Below, piece after piece: positions 49,873 to 60,163 of a stretch of DNA of 64,000 nt (positions within the stretch are counted from its first letter, which is position 1; every line of letters begins with the position of its first letter). The notes below the pieces were generated by a model. That model was not told where the DNA came from. It ran no database searches and saw only the letters and a list, made by a program, of their open reading frames with translations. Source of the DNA: Candidatus Bathyarchaeota archaeon (GTDB lineage Archaea; Thermoproteota; Bathyarchaeia; Bathyarchaeales; Bathycorpusculaceae); contig OY970340.1 in assembly GCA_963717465.1 (NCBI GenBank), forward strand, positions 1,056,001 to 1,120,000. Direction: 5' to 3'. The translations under genes were made by a program, and so were the position numbers.

Positions 49873-50132
49873 TTTTAATTTACCCAATTTTCTTCTATTC
49901 TCGGCTACTAGCAAGTTACCTATAAGCTTTGGCATGCCACCTTGCCAAGTCTCTTCCAAACAAACTCGCATCAACACACTAGGAAAAAGTTTGCGGTTTA
50001 CATAAAACAATTATGGCAGTCACAGTATAGTTCAGGTATTGTTCGGAATAGCCACGCTTCACCAAAGAGAAAGTGTAGGTACGTCCACTTTTTCCTTTTT
50101 TATACTGAGACACATAGGGGCGCCAATGTCAC

Positions 50133-50399
50133 TTATTTGTGGAGTCTTTGTTTAATCGAGCTCCAGTATCGTGACAATAGCTGCTTTCCAACTAAGAACA
50201 CGCCGAGATAGAATGTTCCTTCCATCAGGGCGAAAAAAACTGTGCCCAATGTTGCCTTCAGAGCAAGAGATATTCCCATGAAAGGCACGACAAAAATGCA
50301 GGCAAACCAAACTCCTGCAAGGAACACTAATGTAAGTCCGATCCATTTTTTCCACGGGTTTACGGGTTTTGCAGTGTGTTCTTGATTTTGTGTGGTCAA
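50133..50399 (-). CDS. Small two-TM membrane protein
   Basis: Two hydrophobic helices, EGTFYLGVFLVGK; last gene of the radical SAM-arsM unit. Confidence 0.65.
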   Translation of the reverse strand: MTTQNQEHTAKPVNPWKKWIGLTLVFLAGVWFACIFVVPFMGISLALKATLGTVFFALMEGTFYLGVFLVGKQLLSRYWSSIKQRLHK

Positions 50400-50437
50400 T
50401 TGTTTTTACCTATTCTGAAGTTATTTTGCTTCTTTTC

Positions 50438-51829
50438 TTACTTGATTGCTTTGAGTTTTAGGCTTTCAAGGGGGATACCGTTGTATTGGGTTTTGCTTAT
50501 TTCTTTATCTTCTGAGAGAATTTTAAAGTGGAACCCTGCAGATTCAATTTTATCAATATAATCCTGTTTTAACAATGCGCCTGCAACACAACCGCAAAGG
50601 AGTTTTTCATCTTTCTTTTGCTCCGAAGATAGTTCTTTTAGCAAGACTATGTCTGAAATGTACATTTTGCCGCCTTTTTTTAGAACACGATAGGCTTCTT
50701 TGAAAACTTTGGATTTGTTCGGGGCCAGATTAATCACGCAGTTGCTTATAATTACATCAACTGAATCGTCTTCAACCGGTAAGGCTTCAATATCACCAAG
50801 CCTGAAACCTACGTTGGTGTCATATCCATATTTTTCCGCAAGAGCTTTGGCCTTTTCAATCATTTCCTCTGTCATATCGACACCGATAACTTTGCCTGTT
50901 TTGCCCACTTTTTTTACTGCCAAGAAACTGTCAAAGCCTGCCCCACTACCTAAATCCAGAACGGTGTCGCCTTCTTTTATTTCTGCGAGAGCCGTCGGGT
51001 TACCACAGCCTAATCCCAAGTTAGCTTCTGGAACCGCATTCATTTCCTCATCAGAGTAACCGATGCTTTTAGATAGTTTTCTTGCGCCTTCAGGATCAAT
51101 TCCTCCGCAACCACAAGAACAACAAGAATTGTCACCACTAGCAATCTTGGAATAAGCATCATGAACAATTTGCTTAACTTCATTTTGGTCAGCAGACGCT
51201 GAAGTTTTACGCTTATCTTGAGTTTTAGATTTTTTCTTGGTATGCATCCACGGGCACTCCTCCTTTTGAACGCAGTTTATGCATGCAATTCTCTTAGATA
51301 CTTCAGGAGCCACTATATAGGAGTTTATTGCAAACACTACTATTAAGACTAAGACTGAATAATTAAAGTTGAACAAAAAAGAAATTACCCCTACAATAAC
51401 TGGAATTGCATATATTGGAATAATCACTGGCATATTCTTTTTGAATTCTTTAGCAAAAAGTTGAATGTCCTTCTGTTTTTTAAAATATGCTGAAATTTGA
51501 CCATGCCCACTGGGACATGTAATTCCAAAATTGGCACAATACGGACAAACAAATGAAGCCATCCAAAATACACCAATGATTCCGTAAGCAATGTATGCTG
51601 CTGCAGAGAGCCAAGCAATCTGAGAAAAATTAAATATGAACAGAAAAATGAATGCACCAAGTAAAATCATTATTATGTATGGCAGATTTTCAAGAAATAT
51701 CGTAGAAAGCTTGGGTGCCTCTTTTGGCCTAATGATGACGTTACTTTTTACATCTTCCTGCAATCGGGTGACATTTGACATGGAAAAGTTTGCTTTCTTC
51801 TCTTCTGCATTTAGAGCCATGTTACTCAC
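50438..51829 (-). CDS. arsM: Arsenite methyltransferase fused to an N-terminal Cys-rich 4-TM domain
   Basis: [41 protein letters not shown]-domain with CPYC, CPSG, CINC, CPW. Confidence 0.85.
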   Translation of the reverse strand: MSNMALNAEEKKANFSMSNVTRLQEDVKSNVIIRPKEAPKLSTIFLENLPYIIMILLGAFIFLFIFNFSQIAWLSAAAYIAYGIIGVFWMASFVCPYCANFGITCPSGHGQISAYFKKQKDIQLFAKEFKKNMPVIIPIYAIPVIVGVISFLFNFNYSVLVLIVVFAINSYIVAPEVSKRIACINCVQKEECPWMHTKKKSKTQDKRKTSASADQNEVKQIVHDAYSKIASGDNSCCSCGCGGIDPEGARKLSKSIGYSDEEMNAVPEANLGLGCGNPTALAEIKEGDTVLDLGSGAGFDSFLAVKKVGKTGKVIGVDMTEEMIEKAKALAEKYGYDTNVGFRLGDIEALPVEDDSVDVIISNCVINLAPNKSKVFKEAYRVLKKGGKMYISDIVLLKELSSEQKKDEKLLCGCVAGALLKQDYIDKIESAGFHFKILSEDKEISKTQYNGIPLESLKLKAIK

Positions 51830-51858
51830 TAATTCTTAATTCTCAATTGTTGTCGCAA

Positions 51859-53121
51859 TTAAGTTCGATTTATCTGTGCAGCAGGCTTTTTGCGATTTTC
51901 ATTAATTATATCTGTTCTATGAATCCAACTGTCTCTGCACATGCAAACGTTAAAGCCATAACCTGCAGGCGGTTCAACTCCGTATTTCACGTAAATTTCA
52001 GCCAGCTTTTCTTTTGCCTTGCGGTAGTAATCTAAGTCAGGGGCTTTCATTTTGCCCATTACAGGTCTCCCAAAAGGTATCCATACTGATGCTATAGGCG
52101 CGATACCTTGGGAAGCAAAGTATTCAGCGCCTTTTAGAAAGCTCTCTAACGGTTCAAGGCCTGCAATGAGAACACTGCAAGCCTTGCTATGACCATACTC
52201 CTTTGCAATGTATTTAAGACAATCAAGATGACGTTGCCTTCCAGTGAACTTTGATTTTCCTGGCGTAATAGCTTTTGCTAATTCTTCATTCCAGACTTCA
52301 AGACTGCATATTACCCTATCTGCTCCAGCATCAAATACTTGATCAACTTCTTTTGGATCATTAGGCGGCGTTGTGTATACGAGAACTTCGCCCTGAATAT
52401 TTTTTAGCCCAGCAATTGAATCAATCTCATCAAGAAGATTCTTGATGATTTTACATTCTGCTTGAGTGTTAAACGTTGAGCCTCCAGTTAATTGAACATG
52501 TTTTGCTACTTTTTCCTTGTTTACTGCGTAATCAGTGATTTCAGCAACATCCTTAACGGTGGGAATCTGAGGTGTTGGCTTTTTTTTCCGAGCCAGTTCT
52601 TGAGTTACTCCACCTGAATAACAGAATTGGCAGGCATAACCCGCTTTAGCATATTCACATGGCCATAAACATTGAAATGATAGAACATCAAAACCTTGCA
52701 ATACGGCATTGCCAATGTAAGGCAGTCCACTTGAGGTTTTTTGTTCATAGAAATAAGATTTTGGGGGAAAATCAACCGATGTTACTTTCTCCCCATCAAA
52801 TAGCAGGGCAGGTTCACCTGTATCGGATAAGTCTAGTTTGAAAGGAGTGTTCATCTGAGACATGTATTTGAGTTGTTTCATGTTCGACCAAGAGATTGCC
52901 GATTTTACATAATTCATATGAAACGCTATATCTGTTAATTGAACGATTGTCTTGTCTGGCAGAATGATGCAGTTGCAAGTTAGAGGATTAGGATTTATTC
53001 GGCATTTTTCTCTGAATTTTTTATAAACTTTACTGTTAACTTTAACGCCTCTTGAAACAATTAAGGCTTTTAAATCTATTGAATCCAGCTCTTCTCCGTT
53101 TAACTTATATTTGCTAAACAT
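51859..53121 (-). CDS. Radical SAM protein with non-canonical cysteine spacing
   Basis: CLWPCEYAKAGYACQFC cluster motif, LTGG, SLEVW...TPGK, C-terminal CMC. Confidence 0.85.
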   Translation of the reverse strand: MFSKYKLNGEELDSIDLKALIVSRGVKVNSKVYKKFREKCRINPNPLTCNCIILPDKTIVQLTDIAFHMNYVKSAISWSNMKQLKYMSQMNTPFKLDLSDTGEPALLFDGEKVTSVDFPPKSYFYEQKTSSGLPYIGNAVLQGFDVLSFQCLWPCEYAKAGYACQFCYSGGVTQELARKKKPTPQIPTVKDVAEITDYAVNKEKVAKHVQLTGGSTFNTQAECKIIKNLLDEIDSIAGLKNIQGEVLVYTTPPNDPKEVDQVFDAGADRVICSLEVWNEELAKAITPGKSKFTGRQRHLDCLKYIAKEYGHSKACSVLIAGLEPLESFLKGAEYFASQGIAPIASVWIPFGRPVMGKMKAPDLDYYRKAKEKLAEIYVKYGVEPPAGYGFNVCMCRDSWIHRTDIINENRKKPAAQINRT

Positions 53122-53197
53122 GTTAACGCTTCCCGCAAACAGGTATGTGTTTATGCAGCACTTGATTTTTTTAAACCTAATGTTTCTTTACAGATTA

Positions 53198-53233
53198 TTT
53201 ATTAAACAATATTTATCTCTTTTGTTTAATAAA
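53198..53233. promoter_or_regulatory. Perfect 12-bp inverted repeat, candidate operator
   Basis: TTTATTAAACAA-N12-TTGTTTAATAAA upstream of the radical SAM gene. Confidence 0.45.
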
Positions 53234-53711
53234 ATCACACCATATTATTGTGCGCGTGTTCAAATGAAATACTTGATTGTTTTCTAAAATAAGCGTAATT
53301 GTAATCTACCCAGTTCGTATATTATATAAACAAAAAATTTATTAGTTATTTAGTAATTAAACTACAGCTTGCCTAAAACACATACAGTGGCTGGTGCGCT
53401 TATCTAACGGCGCAAGCGAGCTGTTAAGGCAAGCGTTCCAGTCACAACTCCATCAACATGCCAATACTTGATGGCACCAGGAAAATTAGAAAGAAACGTT
53501 TCGCATAAGATAACTAATTTTTTAAACATTTTTGGGCCAATCCCAACAAATTTCAATACTTCTACAGAGACCGCGAGCATTCGAACCCATAAGCAAGTGG
53601 AGACTTCACTCGCAATTTCCATTTCTTTGTAAAATATTTTTTTCTTATTCTCGTTGTTTCGGATTAATGTTTAATGGTGTTCTAAAAAAAGTGCGTAAAA
53701 TGATGGCTATC

Positions 53712-56432
53712 TTAAGTTGTACGGTTTTTTATGCGTTCGAGTCTTGACTTTTTAGCAGCAGTTTTGTGGAAAATAGCTATGACTGCCGTTGAGCAAGCGC
53801 TGACTAGAATCCATTGGGCTATGTTGAAATTGAGTTGTGGCAACGCAAAACTGTTGGTTGGGTCGACTTGGGTATAGCTTGCGTAGATTCTTGTTCCGTT
53901 TTGCCAGCCATTGTCCAATTCGACATCGTAATACATGGTTCCATTATAGAAGTTGCTTGCCGCCGTCGAGCCATAGTAGGCATTGTGTATGTCAAATGTT
54001 TCATATATACTCCAGGTTTGGCCGTTATCGATGCTCATCCAGATTCCAGCCACCCAAGTTGTTGGGTTTTCTCCGCCTACGAAGCTTACGTAGATGTAGC
54101 CGTTGAGGCTGTTGGTTCTTATCCAGTAGCCGTACGCCTGGTCTCCTGTATCAAAGACTAAATCGAAGTTGATGTCATCAGTGGTTCGGTAAATTTGCCC
54201 ATCATCTAAGTCAGTAGCGAAAATCCGCGCCAACGGAATAAGCGTACCGTTCGAGGCGTATGTATCTATGCAGTCGATTGCAATCATCTGTGGTGAAGTT
54301 AAGATTTGTGTCCAAGTTTTACCGTCATCTGTTGAGCGGATTACATATGCTGTCCAGCTAGGTGAAACCCTGACGTCGCCCACGGACGCGTAGATATAGT
54401 TGTCCGCTTTATCGACCGCTATATCATGGATATGTCTAGCGCCGGAATCATAGTAGACAATGGTCCAATTGGCTCCGCCATCTGTGCTTTCGCATACACT
54501 TGCATTAGCCGTGGAGAGTCCTGTTGTATAGATGCCTGCAAACAGGTTTCCGTATGTATCTTCAGCCATAGGCCAAATAGTGCAATTTGGTAGCAGCTGC
54601 AAAACTTTTGTCCAGGTTTGTCCGCCGTCTGTGCTTCGCCATAACCCCAATTCATCGGCTGCTGCATTTGTATCCGGCGAGGTGAAGACGTAGTTTTTAC
54701 TGTTAACGTAGACGCTCGATATTGTTGGGTTTGTTCCGTTGAAAGTTAAAAGCGGCTGCCATGTGACCCCTTGATCAAGGCTTTTGTAGAGAGTCTGGTT
54801 AACGCCTGCATACACTGTTCCGTTGCCATCTATCCAGCTTGCCTGTATAGGCATTGTGACATTTGCTTCCATGCACACTGGCGTCGGCGTTGACGACGGA
54901 GATGTTCCCGTTCCAATATATGATTGGGAAACCGCAACATCATCAAAGTAGACGTTTAATGAGTTGCTGCCTTTTTCATCATCTACGCCTAATGAGAAGT
55001 ACCGAACCGAACTTCCGAGGCCAGTGTTAGATAATCCTGTTTCTGCCAGCAACTGTGCACCGTTAACATAGAGGTCGGTTACTCCTGAGCCGCTTCCAAT
55101 AATCAGCTCGAATTCCACGCAGTACCAAGCGCCGACTATGATTGAGCCGACTGTGGCAGATTGCCACCCGTTATTGTAGTAGTTAACTCTCCACTGGACT
55201 GTGCCATTTTCATTTATGATATCAACTCTGGTTCCGACCGCATTAGGAAGCCAACCATCAGTTGAGAATCCAAAGATTTCAAGAGTGCTTCCAACTGCTG
55301 GCTTAGCAGTTAACTCTATGAAAACTCGGGCATCTAAACTTGAATAGCTGCTGCCTAAATTCTTGGATTCGCACGCGCCACTTTCACCGGCTGGGTCAGC
55401 TACTGCAACTTTCATAGCGTAGGTTCCATCGTATGCGACGCCTTTTTGCACTGACTCTATAACGCCTGACCCTACAGAGTTCGCAGTTGTCCATGCATTG
55501 AAGCTTCCACTCTCAAAGCCATCACTGAACAGATAAGTCGGCGTTGGAGTAGGGGTCGGTGTGGGAGAGGCTGTTGGTGTAGGCGTGGCTGTTGGAGTTG
55601 GCGTCGCCGTGGGAGTCGATGTTGGGGTTGCTGTTGGAGTCGGACTTGTGGTCGGCGAAGGGGATGGAGACGGTTCAGGTCCAATGTATGTGCTGGATAT
55701 GGATATGTCGTCAAAGTACTTGTTTAAGGTGTTGCTGCCAAGTTCGTCATCAACGCCCAAAGAGAAGTACCTAACAGTTGAGCCGGAGCCAGTGTTGCTA
55801 AGTCCTGTCTCGCTTGCAATTTCCGAGCCGTTAACATAGAGGTCGGTTTCTCCTGAACCACTGCCGATAATTAACTTTGCCTCTACGGAATACCAGACGC
55901 CTGGGGTAATTGACCCAGCGTATGCACTTTTCCAGCTGCTGTTGTAATAGTTCAGTCGCCACTGAACTGTACCATTAATGTTTACGATGTCGACTCGTGT
56001 TCCAACAGCGTTGGGTAACCAGCCGTCGCTTGAAAATCCGAAAATTTCTAGCACGCTACCCACTGCTGGAGAAGCGCTTAACTGCACATAAACTCTGGCG
56101 TCGATTGTACTGTAAGTGGTGCCTAAGTCTTTGTATTGGCATGCGCCATTCTCTCCGGCGCCGTCAGAAACAGTTGTCTTCATAGCGTAGGTTCCATCAA
56201 AAGTAGTTGTCGTTTGTACGCTTGATGTGACGCCAGATCCTGTTCCTCTGGATCCTGTCCATGCGCTAAAGTTTCCGCTTTCAAAGCCGTCACTGAAGAT
56301 AATGGAGGATTGAGCGTTAACGTAGTTTTGTGATATGAAAACAAGCAAAACGGACGAAACAAGAATGGTAATTATTACCGTTACTAAAAGTTCTGCCTTT
56401 TTGAGTTTCGATAAAAATGGTCTCCTCAGCAA
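53712..56432 (-). CDS. Large surface protein: two tandem LamG/ConA-like domains, Pro-Thr linker, BNR/Asp-box beta-propeller, C-terminal TM
   Basis: Duplicated FSDGFESG...WLPNAVGTRVDI domain; repeated S.D.G.TW Asp-boxes; signal peptide. Confidence 0.85.
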   Translation of the reverse strand: MLRRPFLSKLKKAELLVTVIITILVSSVLLVFISQNYVNAQSSIIFSDGFESGNFSAWTGSRGTGSGVTSSVQTTTTFDGTYAMKTTVSDGAGENGACQYKDLGTTYSTIDARVYVQLSASPAVGSVLEIFGFSSDGWLPNAVGTRVDIVNINGTVQWRLNYYNSSWKSAYAGSITPGVWYSVEAKLIIGSGSGETDLYVNGSEIASETGLSNTGSGSTVRYFSLGVDDELGSNTLNKYFDDISISSTYIGPEPSPSPSPTTSPTPTATPTSTPTATPTPTATPTPTASPTPTPTPTPTYLFSDGFESGSFNAWTTANSVGSGVIESVQKGVAYDGTYAMKVAVADPAGESGACESKNLGSSYSSLDARVFIELTAKPAVGSTLEIFGFSTDGWLPNAVGTRVDIINENGTVQWRVNYYNNGWQSATVGSIIVGAWYCVEFELIIGSGSGVTDLYVNGAQLLAETGLSNTGLGSSVRYFSLGVDDEKGSNSLNVYFDDVAVSQSYIGTGTSPSSTPTPVCMEANVTMPIQASWIDGNGTVYAGVNQTLYKSLDQGVTWQPLLTFNGTNPTISSVYVNSKNYVFTSPDTNAAADELGLWRSTDGGQTWTKVLQLLPNCTIWPMAEDTYGNLFAGIYTTGLSTANASVCESTDGGANWTIVYYDSGARHIHDIAVDKADNYIYASVGDVRVSPSWTAYVIRSTDDGKTWTQILTSPQMIAIDCIDTYASNGTLIPLARIFATDLDDGQIYRTTDDINFDLVFDTGDQAYGYWIRTNSLNGYIYVSFVGGENPTTWVAGIWMSIDNGQTWSIYETFDIHNAYYGSTAASNFYNGTMYYDVELDNGWQNGTRIYASYTQVDPTNSFALPQLNFNIAQWILVSACSTAVIAIFHKTAAKKSRLERIKNRTT
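55540..55680 (-). repeat. Pro/Thr/Ser low-complexity linker coding repeat
   Basis: Encodes PEPSPSPSPTTSPTPTATPT...PTPTPTPT. Confidence 0.85.
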
Positions 56433-56725
56433 ATAGATTACCTTTAAAAAAAGAGAATCTCTGTCTAGAAGTGAACTGTTTGTTCTTTATAGGTCTTATG
56501 GCTAATTTCTCAACGAAAAAAGAGCTTGATTAATTTAATGCGTAAATGCTGCTAATTTTTGCTTTGCGAGTTTAATGTCAACTATCTAGAATTTTGCTCG
56601 ACTTGTTGCCCGCTGTTAAATCTCTTAGTGTAAGTGAATAGTACGCACGGGTTATGATTGTAATAGTCTATGCCTAATCACATATTTTCATAAGTTTGGA
56701 AATTAAAGCCTCAAAAGGTAAGCTA

Positions 56726-57106
56726 ATGGATGAAGAAGAAATAGATGCTGGAAGAATTCTGCGTTCTGTTCCTTATGAAGTGGGTTTTCACTTTACAGAG
56801 AATGGCGTTTATTCTGGAGTTACCGCAGTTAGCTTGTCAGATTTTTCAATGAAGTTAAGGGTTGTTCCTCTCAGTTCAATTCTGTTTCATTATGCGCGAA
56901 GTGATTTTCAAAATTGGGTTTCCAGTACGCTTGGAGATGAAGAATTAGCTAATCGATTGTCATCGATTAAATCAGGGCTTTCGGGCAAAAGTTTGAAAAT
57001 GAACATTATAAAGATTGTAAGAAATCGCTTGAATGAACTTGAAGTTCTAAAAACTCAAAAATATCTTAAATACATGGCACACGTGCACGCAAGAGAAACA
57101 AAATAA
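56726..57106 (+). CDS. DUF5752-like protein
   Basis: GFHF...AVSLSDF...SILFHYARSDFQNWV..TLGDEELA pattern. Confidence 0.7.
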   Translation: MDEEEIDAGRILRSVPYEVGFHFTENGVYSGVTAVSLSDFSMKLRVVPLSSILFHYARSDFQNWVSSTLGDEELANRLSSIKSGLSGKSLKMNIIKIVRNRLNELEVLKTQKYLKYMAHVHARETK

Positions 57107-57144
57107 AAAGGAATAGCTAGTTAAAGACTTATGCTGGTATTTCT

Positions 57145-57639
57145 TCAAGTTTGAGGTTTAATCGGATAAATTTCTAGAGTCTTAGTGTAGTCGGCAACTT
57201 CAATTTCTAAGCTTTCCCTTTTTTCTAACCATTTAGCATTTTTTTGATGCGTTTTGGATTCTGATGTTTTAATGAGTGAAATTGCGTCAAGAAGTAACTT
57301 GTCCAATTTAATTATGTTATGTAAGAAGTCCATATCACGTTGAAGGTAGCCTTTTTTTTGTGCGTCTAAAAAACTCTTCAATAATTCTCCAAAAAACCTC
57401 AATCGATGTTCAGAAGTTGCTTTTTCTATACTGCATAGATCGTCGGCTCTTCTGATTAACTCGTACAGTTCGCGAAAATCCATGTCTTCTGATGTTTCAT
57501 TTTTTTCTTCACTTTTTAGAGTTTCTCTAATACTGATGTTGGCTTTTAGTTTGGCTTCTTTAATTTTTGCTCGACGATATCGCATGTAGTTACGTTGATA
57601 TTTTGTTTTATCGAATTTTGTTTTATCTGTAGACTCCAC
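57145..57639 (-). CDS. Hypothetical helical protein with basic N-terminal YQRNYMRYRR segment
   Basis: 164-aa ORF with SD AGGAGGTG. Confidence 0.65.
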   Translation of the reverse strand: MESTDKTKFDKTKYQRNYMRYRRAKIKEAKLKANISIRETLKSEEKNETSEDMDFRELYELIRRADDLCSIEKATSEHRLRFFGELLKSFLDAQKKGYLQRDMDFLHNIIKLDKLLLDAISLIKTSESKTHQKNAKWLEKRESLEIEVADYTKTLEIYPIKPQT

Positions 57640-57821
57640 TTGTCTAACAACACCTCCTAGTTAGATAGATTAATAATCTAGTCAAATAAAAACTTATCCA
57701 AAATTATTGACGGCTAAAAGGATTTGAACCTAACATTTGAAATTTCGTTCGCAACAAGTTTTTAAGAAAATAAAAATGGCAACAGGGGCAAAGATGCCGG
57801 CAATCCGCGAAATCTGTTGAA

Positions 57822-57875
57822 GTGGGTCCGTGCGGATTTGAACCACCACCAAGTGGATATTTCAATACAAATTCC
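57822..57875 (+). repeat. Best-preserved copy of a dispersed tRNA-T-arm-like hairpin repeat
   Basis: GTGGGTCCGTGCGGATTTGAACC...AAGTGGATATTTCA...CAAATTCC; related copies at about 20800, 26113, 36626, 42245, 43272, 53567, 57707, 59815. Confidence 0.7.
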
Positions 57876-58034
57876 ATATCTACATTTTTTCAAAAGCAAA
57901 TATTGATTCTTTGAAGTTACATAACCCGCACGCTGTAGCTCACATGCAGAGGTCAACTTGTGGTTGTGCTGTCCTTCCAGCATTGCTTTTTATGCCCCGA
58001 TTCCTTTCTTGTAAAATGATACTGAGGATTTCTT

Positions 58035-58463
58035 ATGAGCAAATCGACGCCCACTACACAGGAAAAGAAGCCTCTAGGCACCATAATAGCTGCTGTGGTC
58101 TTGGCTGTTGTTTCGATTTGGTGGCTCGCGCTTGGATTTTTGTATTTCTTCGGCTCATGGTATTGGCTGTTCTATGCAGGTATTCCTTTTGTCTGGGTTT
58201 GGGGAATACTTTACGGTTTCATGGGATTTATTGGTCTAATTATAGCCGGAGGACTTTATACCGGAGTTCGACAAGCTTGGACTATAACATTAATTATAGC
58301 AATATTAGACATTCTATTTAGCATACCAGCGCTATTCAACGGCTATGGAATAACCGGTGCAGTATTGTCTGCAGTGGTTATTATCGTTCTATTGATTCCA
58401 GGTACGAGGGCATACTATAAACGCGAAACCCCTCCAGCAAATGCTTCTAATCCAAAGAACTAA
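58035..58463 (+). CDS. Small four-TM membrane protein
   Basis: Four hydrophobic segments, KKPLG N-terminus, PGTRAYY end. Confidence 0.75.
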   Translation: MSKSTPTTQEKKPLGTIIAAVVLAVVSIWWLALGFLYFFGSWYWLFYAGIPFVWVWGILYGFMGFIGLIIAGGLYTGVRQAWTITLIIAILDILFSIPALFNGYGITGAVLSAVVIIVLLIPGTRAYYKRETPPANASNPKN

Positions 58464-58585
58464 GTAAGAGCATCTGCGTTTGATAACAATGTAATTTCTT
58501 GCAAGGATAAGCTATTGTATTTTCTAAGAAACTACGCTAAGCAGATTGGGCATGTACTGTTAATTTTTTCTTCAGAATTGCAAGG

Positions 58586-59680
58586 TTAGCCTCCATAGTC
58601 CCACCCATAGTAGCCATCCCCGCTTGGATTTTTGTTTTCGGAAGCTGAAGCTGTTTTGCCGGTGTGGCATGTGCCAACAATAGGTATTTTTGTTCCGCAC
58701 TTAGGGCAAGTGTATTTCGAAGTCAAGTTGTAAGTGACAGCGTACTGAAAAGTGTAAAAGTTCGAGGTACTTCTTTTAATTAGCTGTTCGCCGCATTCTG
58801 GGCAATTCGTGTTTTTTTCATAGTCGCTGTACACATATTTAAGCCCTAAATTTCTAAGACGATTGGATAGTTCCATTACGTGACCGCTTTCTACAGGCTT
58901 ATTGTCAATCAAACATCCATACATAAAGGATAGTAAATGTAAAGGTGTTTCTGGACCTAAATTATCCAGTACCCATTTGCCAAGTTTAATTTGCTCCTGA
59001 TCTGAATCGCCGTGTTCAAGCATAACTATATTTGATATTTCAACGTGAACTTTTTTTTCTTTAAACAATTTTGCGCATTCAAATATGGGCTGTACATTAT
59101 GTACGTCGCATATTTCCTTGTAAAATTTGCTATTTCCTGAACCCTTGAAATCTATTGTTACCGCATCGATGTATGGCGCAATCATTTCTACAGCTTCAGG
59201 AGTCATGTATCCGTTAGTGATTAATACTGTGTTCAAATTAGACTTTTTAGCTAGCTTGGCAGTGTCGTATGCATATTCAAAAAAGATTGTTGGTTCATTA
59301 AAAGTGAAACTTACTCCTTGGCAGCCGGTTTTTATGGCCGCTTCTACAATTTCTGATGGCCAAACCTTTGCCACAGGTTTGAACTCTTTTTCACTGCTTA
59401 ATTCGAAGTTTATGCAGAATTTGCATCTGAAATTGCAGCTTGTTGTGCCAAACGAATATGTTGCAGAACCAGGATTAAAATGAAACTGCAACTTTTTTTC
59501 TATATCATCAATATAGCGTATACTTAGTGCGCCATAAATATCCGTTAGTAAATTGCCTTCAAAATTTCTTCGTACGTTGCAAAATCCAACTTTGCCTTCA
59601 GGAATAACACATCGTCTAGCGCAAAGATCACACCGCACGCCTGAAGAAACTGGTGTATACAACTTCGCTAGCATTGACAT
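58586..59680 (-). CDS. amrS: AmmeMemoRadiSam-system-like radical SAM enzyme
   Basis: CDLCARRC...GFCNVR, CNFRCKFC, FTFNEPTIFFEY, C-terminal CPEC...CPKC. Confidence 0.85.
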   Translation of the reverse strand: MSMLAKLYTPVSSGVRCDLCARRCVIPEGKVGFCNVRRNFEGNLLTDIYGALSIRYIDDIEKKLQFHFNPGSATYSFGTTSCNFRCKFCINFELSSEKEFKPVAKVWPSEIVEAAIKTGCQGVSFTFNEPTIFFEYAYDTAKLAKKSNLNTVLITNGYMTPEAVEMIAPYIDAVTIDFKGSGNSKFYKEICDVHNVQPIFECAKLFKEKKVHVEISNIVMLEHGDSDQEQIKLGKWVLDNLGPETPLHLLSFMYGCLIDNKPVESGHVMELSNRLRNLGLKYVYSDYEKNTNCPECGEQLIKRSTSNFYTFQYAVTYNLTSKYTCPKCGTKIPIVGTCHTGKTASASENKNPSGDGYYGWDYGG

Positions 59681-60163
59681 AATTCATTGTCAACTCAGAA
59701 TATCAATCTAGAAACGTACTATAAATCTATTAGTCTGAAATATAAATTACTTTCAAGAAACGAAAAAAGCACTTGTCCACTAGTATCGGTTTTCAGCAAA
59801 ATCCGATGTCGTAAGAACCGGTAGGGATTTGAACCGCATGAATGTGGAGATTTCACCCGCAAATTCCTCGTCTTTTTTCTTAGGTTCGGTTTGGTAACGA
59901 AACAACGGAAATTTTAAGGGATAAGCTTTGAAAAGTTTACCATCGGTCGACTAACTTAAATAGTGACCTGAGAGGAGAGAAAATGAAGAAAAAGAAAAGC
60001 GTTACCGAAAAACCAAGCATATACATAAGTTGATTTTTTCCGCAACCTTTTTTCCGCAACCTTAATACATTAAAAAATAACCAAATACTAGAGCAATCAA
60101 ATGCTAAGTTATGCCAAATTACGTCAATGCTTGAATTGATAGAAGGCATAGAAGGAAGGCAAC

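Noticed and set aside
57822..57875. Intact tRNA gene or canonical integron attC site
   Set aside because: No D-arm or 5' acceptor strand, imperfect T-stem, and no RYYYAAC/GTTRRRY boxes; reported only as a repeat.
57762..57983. ORF with faint resemblance to an integrase C-terminal tail
   Set aside because: No catalytic R-H-R-Y motifs; it runs through the repeat; the resemblance is too weak.
60034..60061. Perfect 14-bp tandem duplication TTTTTTCCGCAACC upstream of ahbA
   Set aside because: Only two units; simple slippage or assembly artefact is sufficient.
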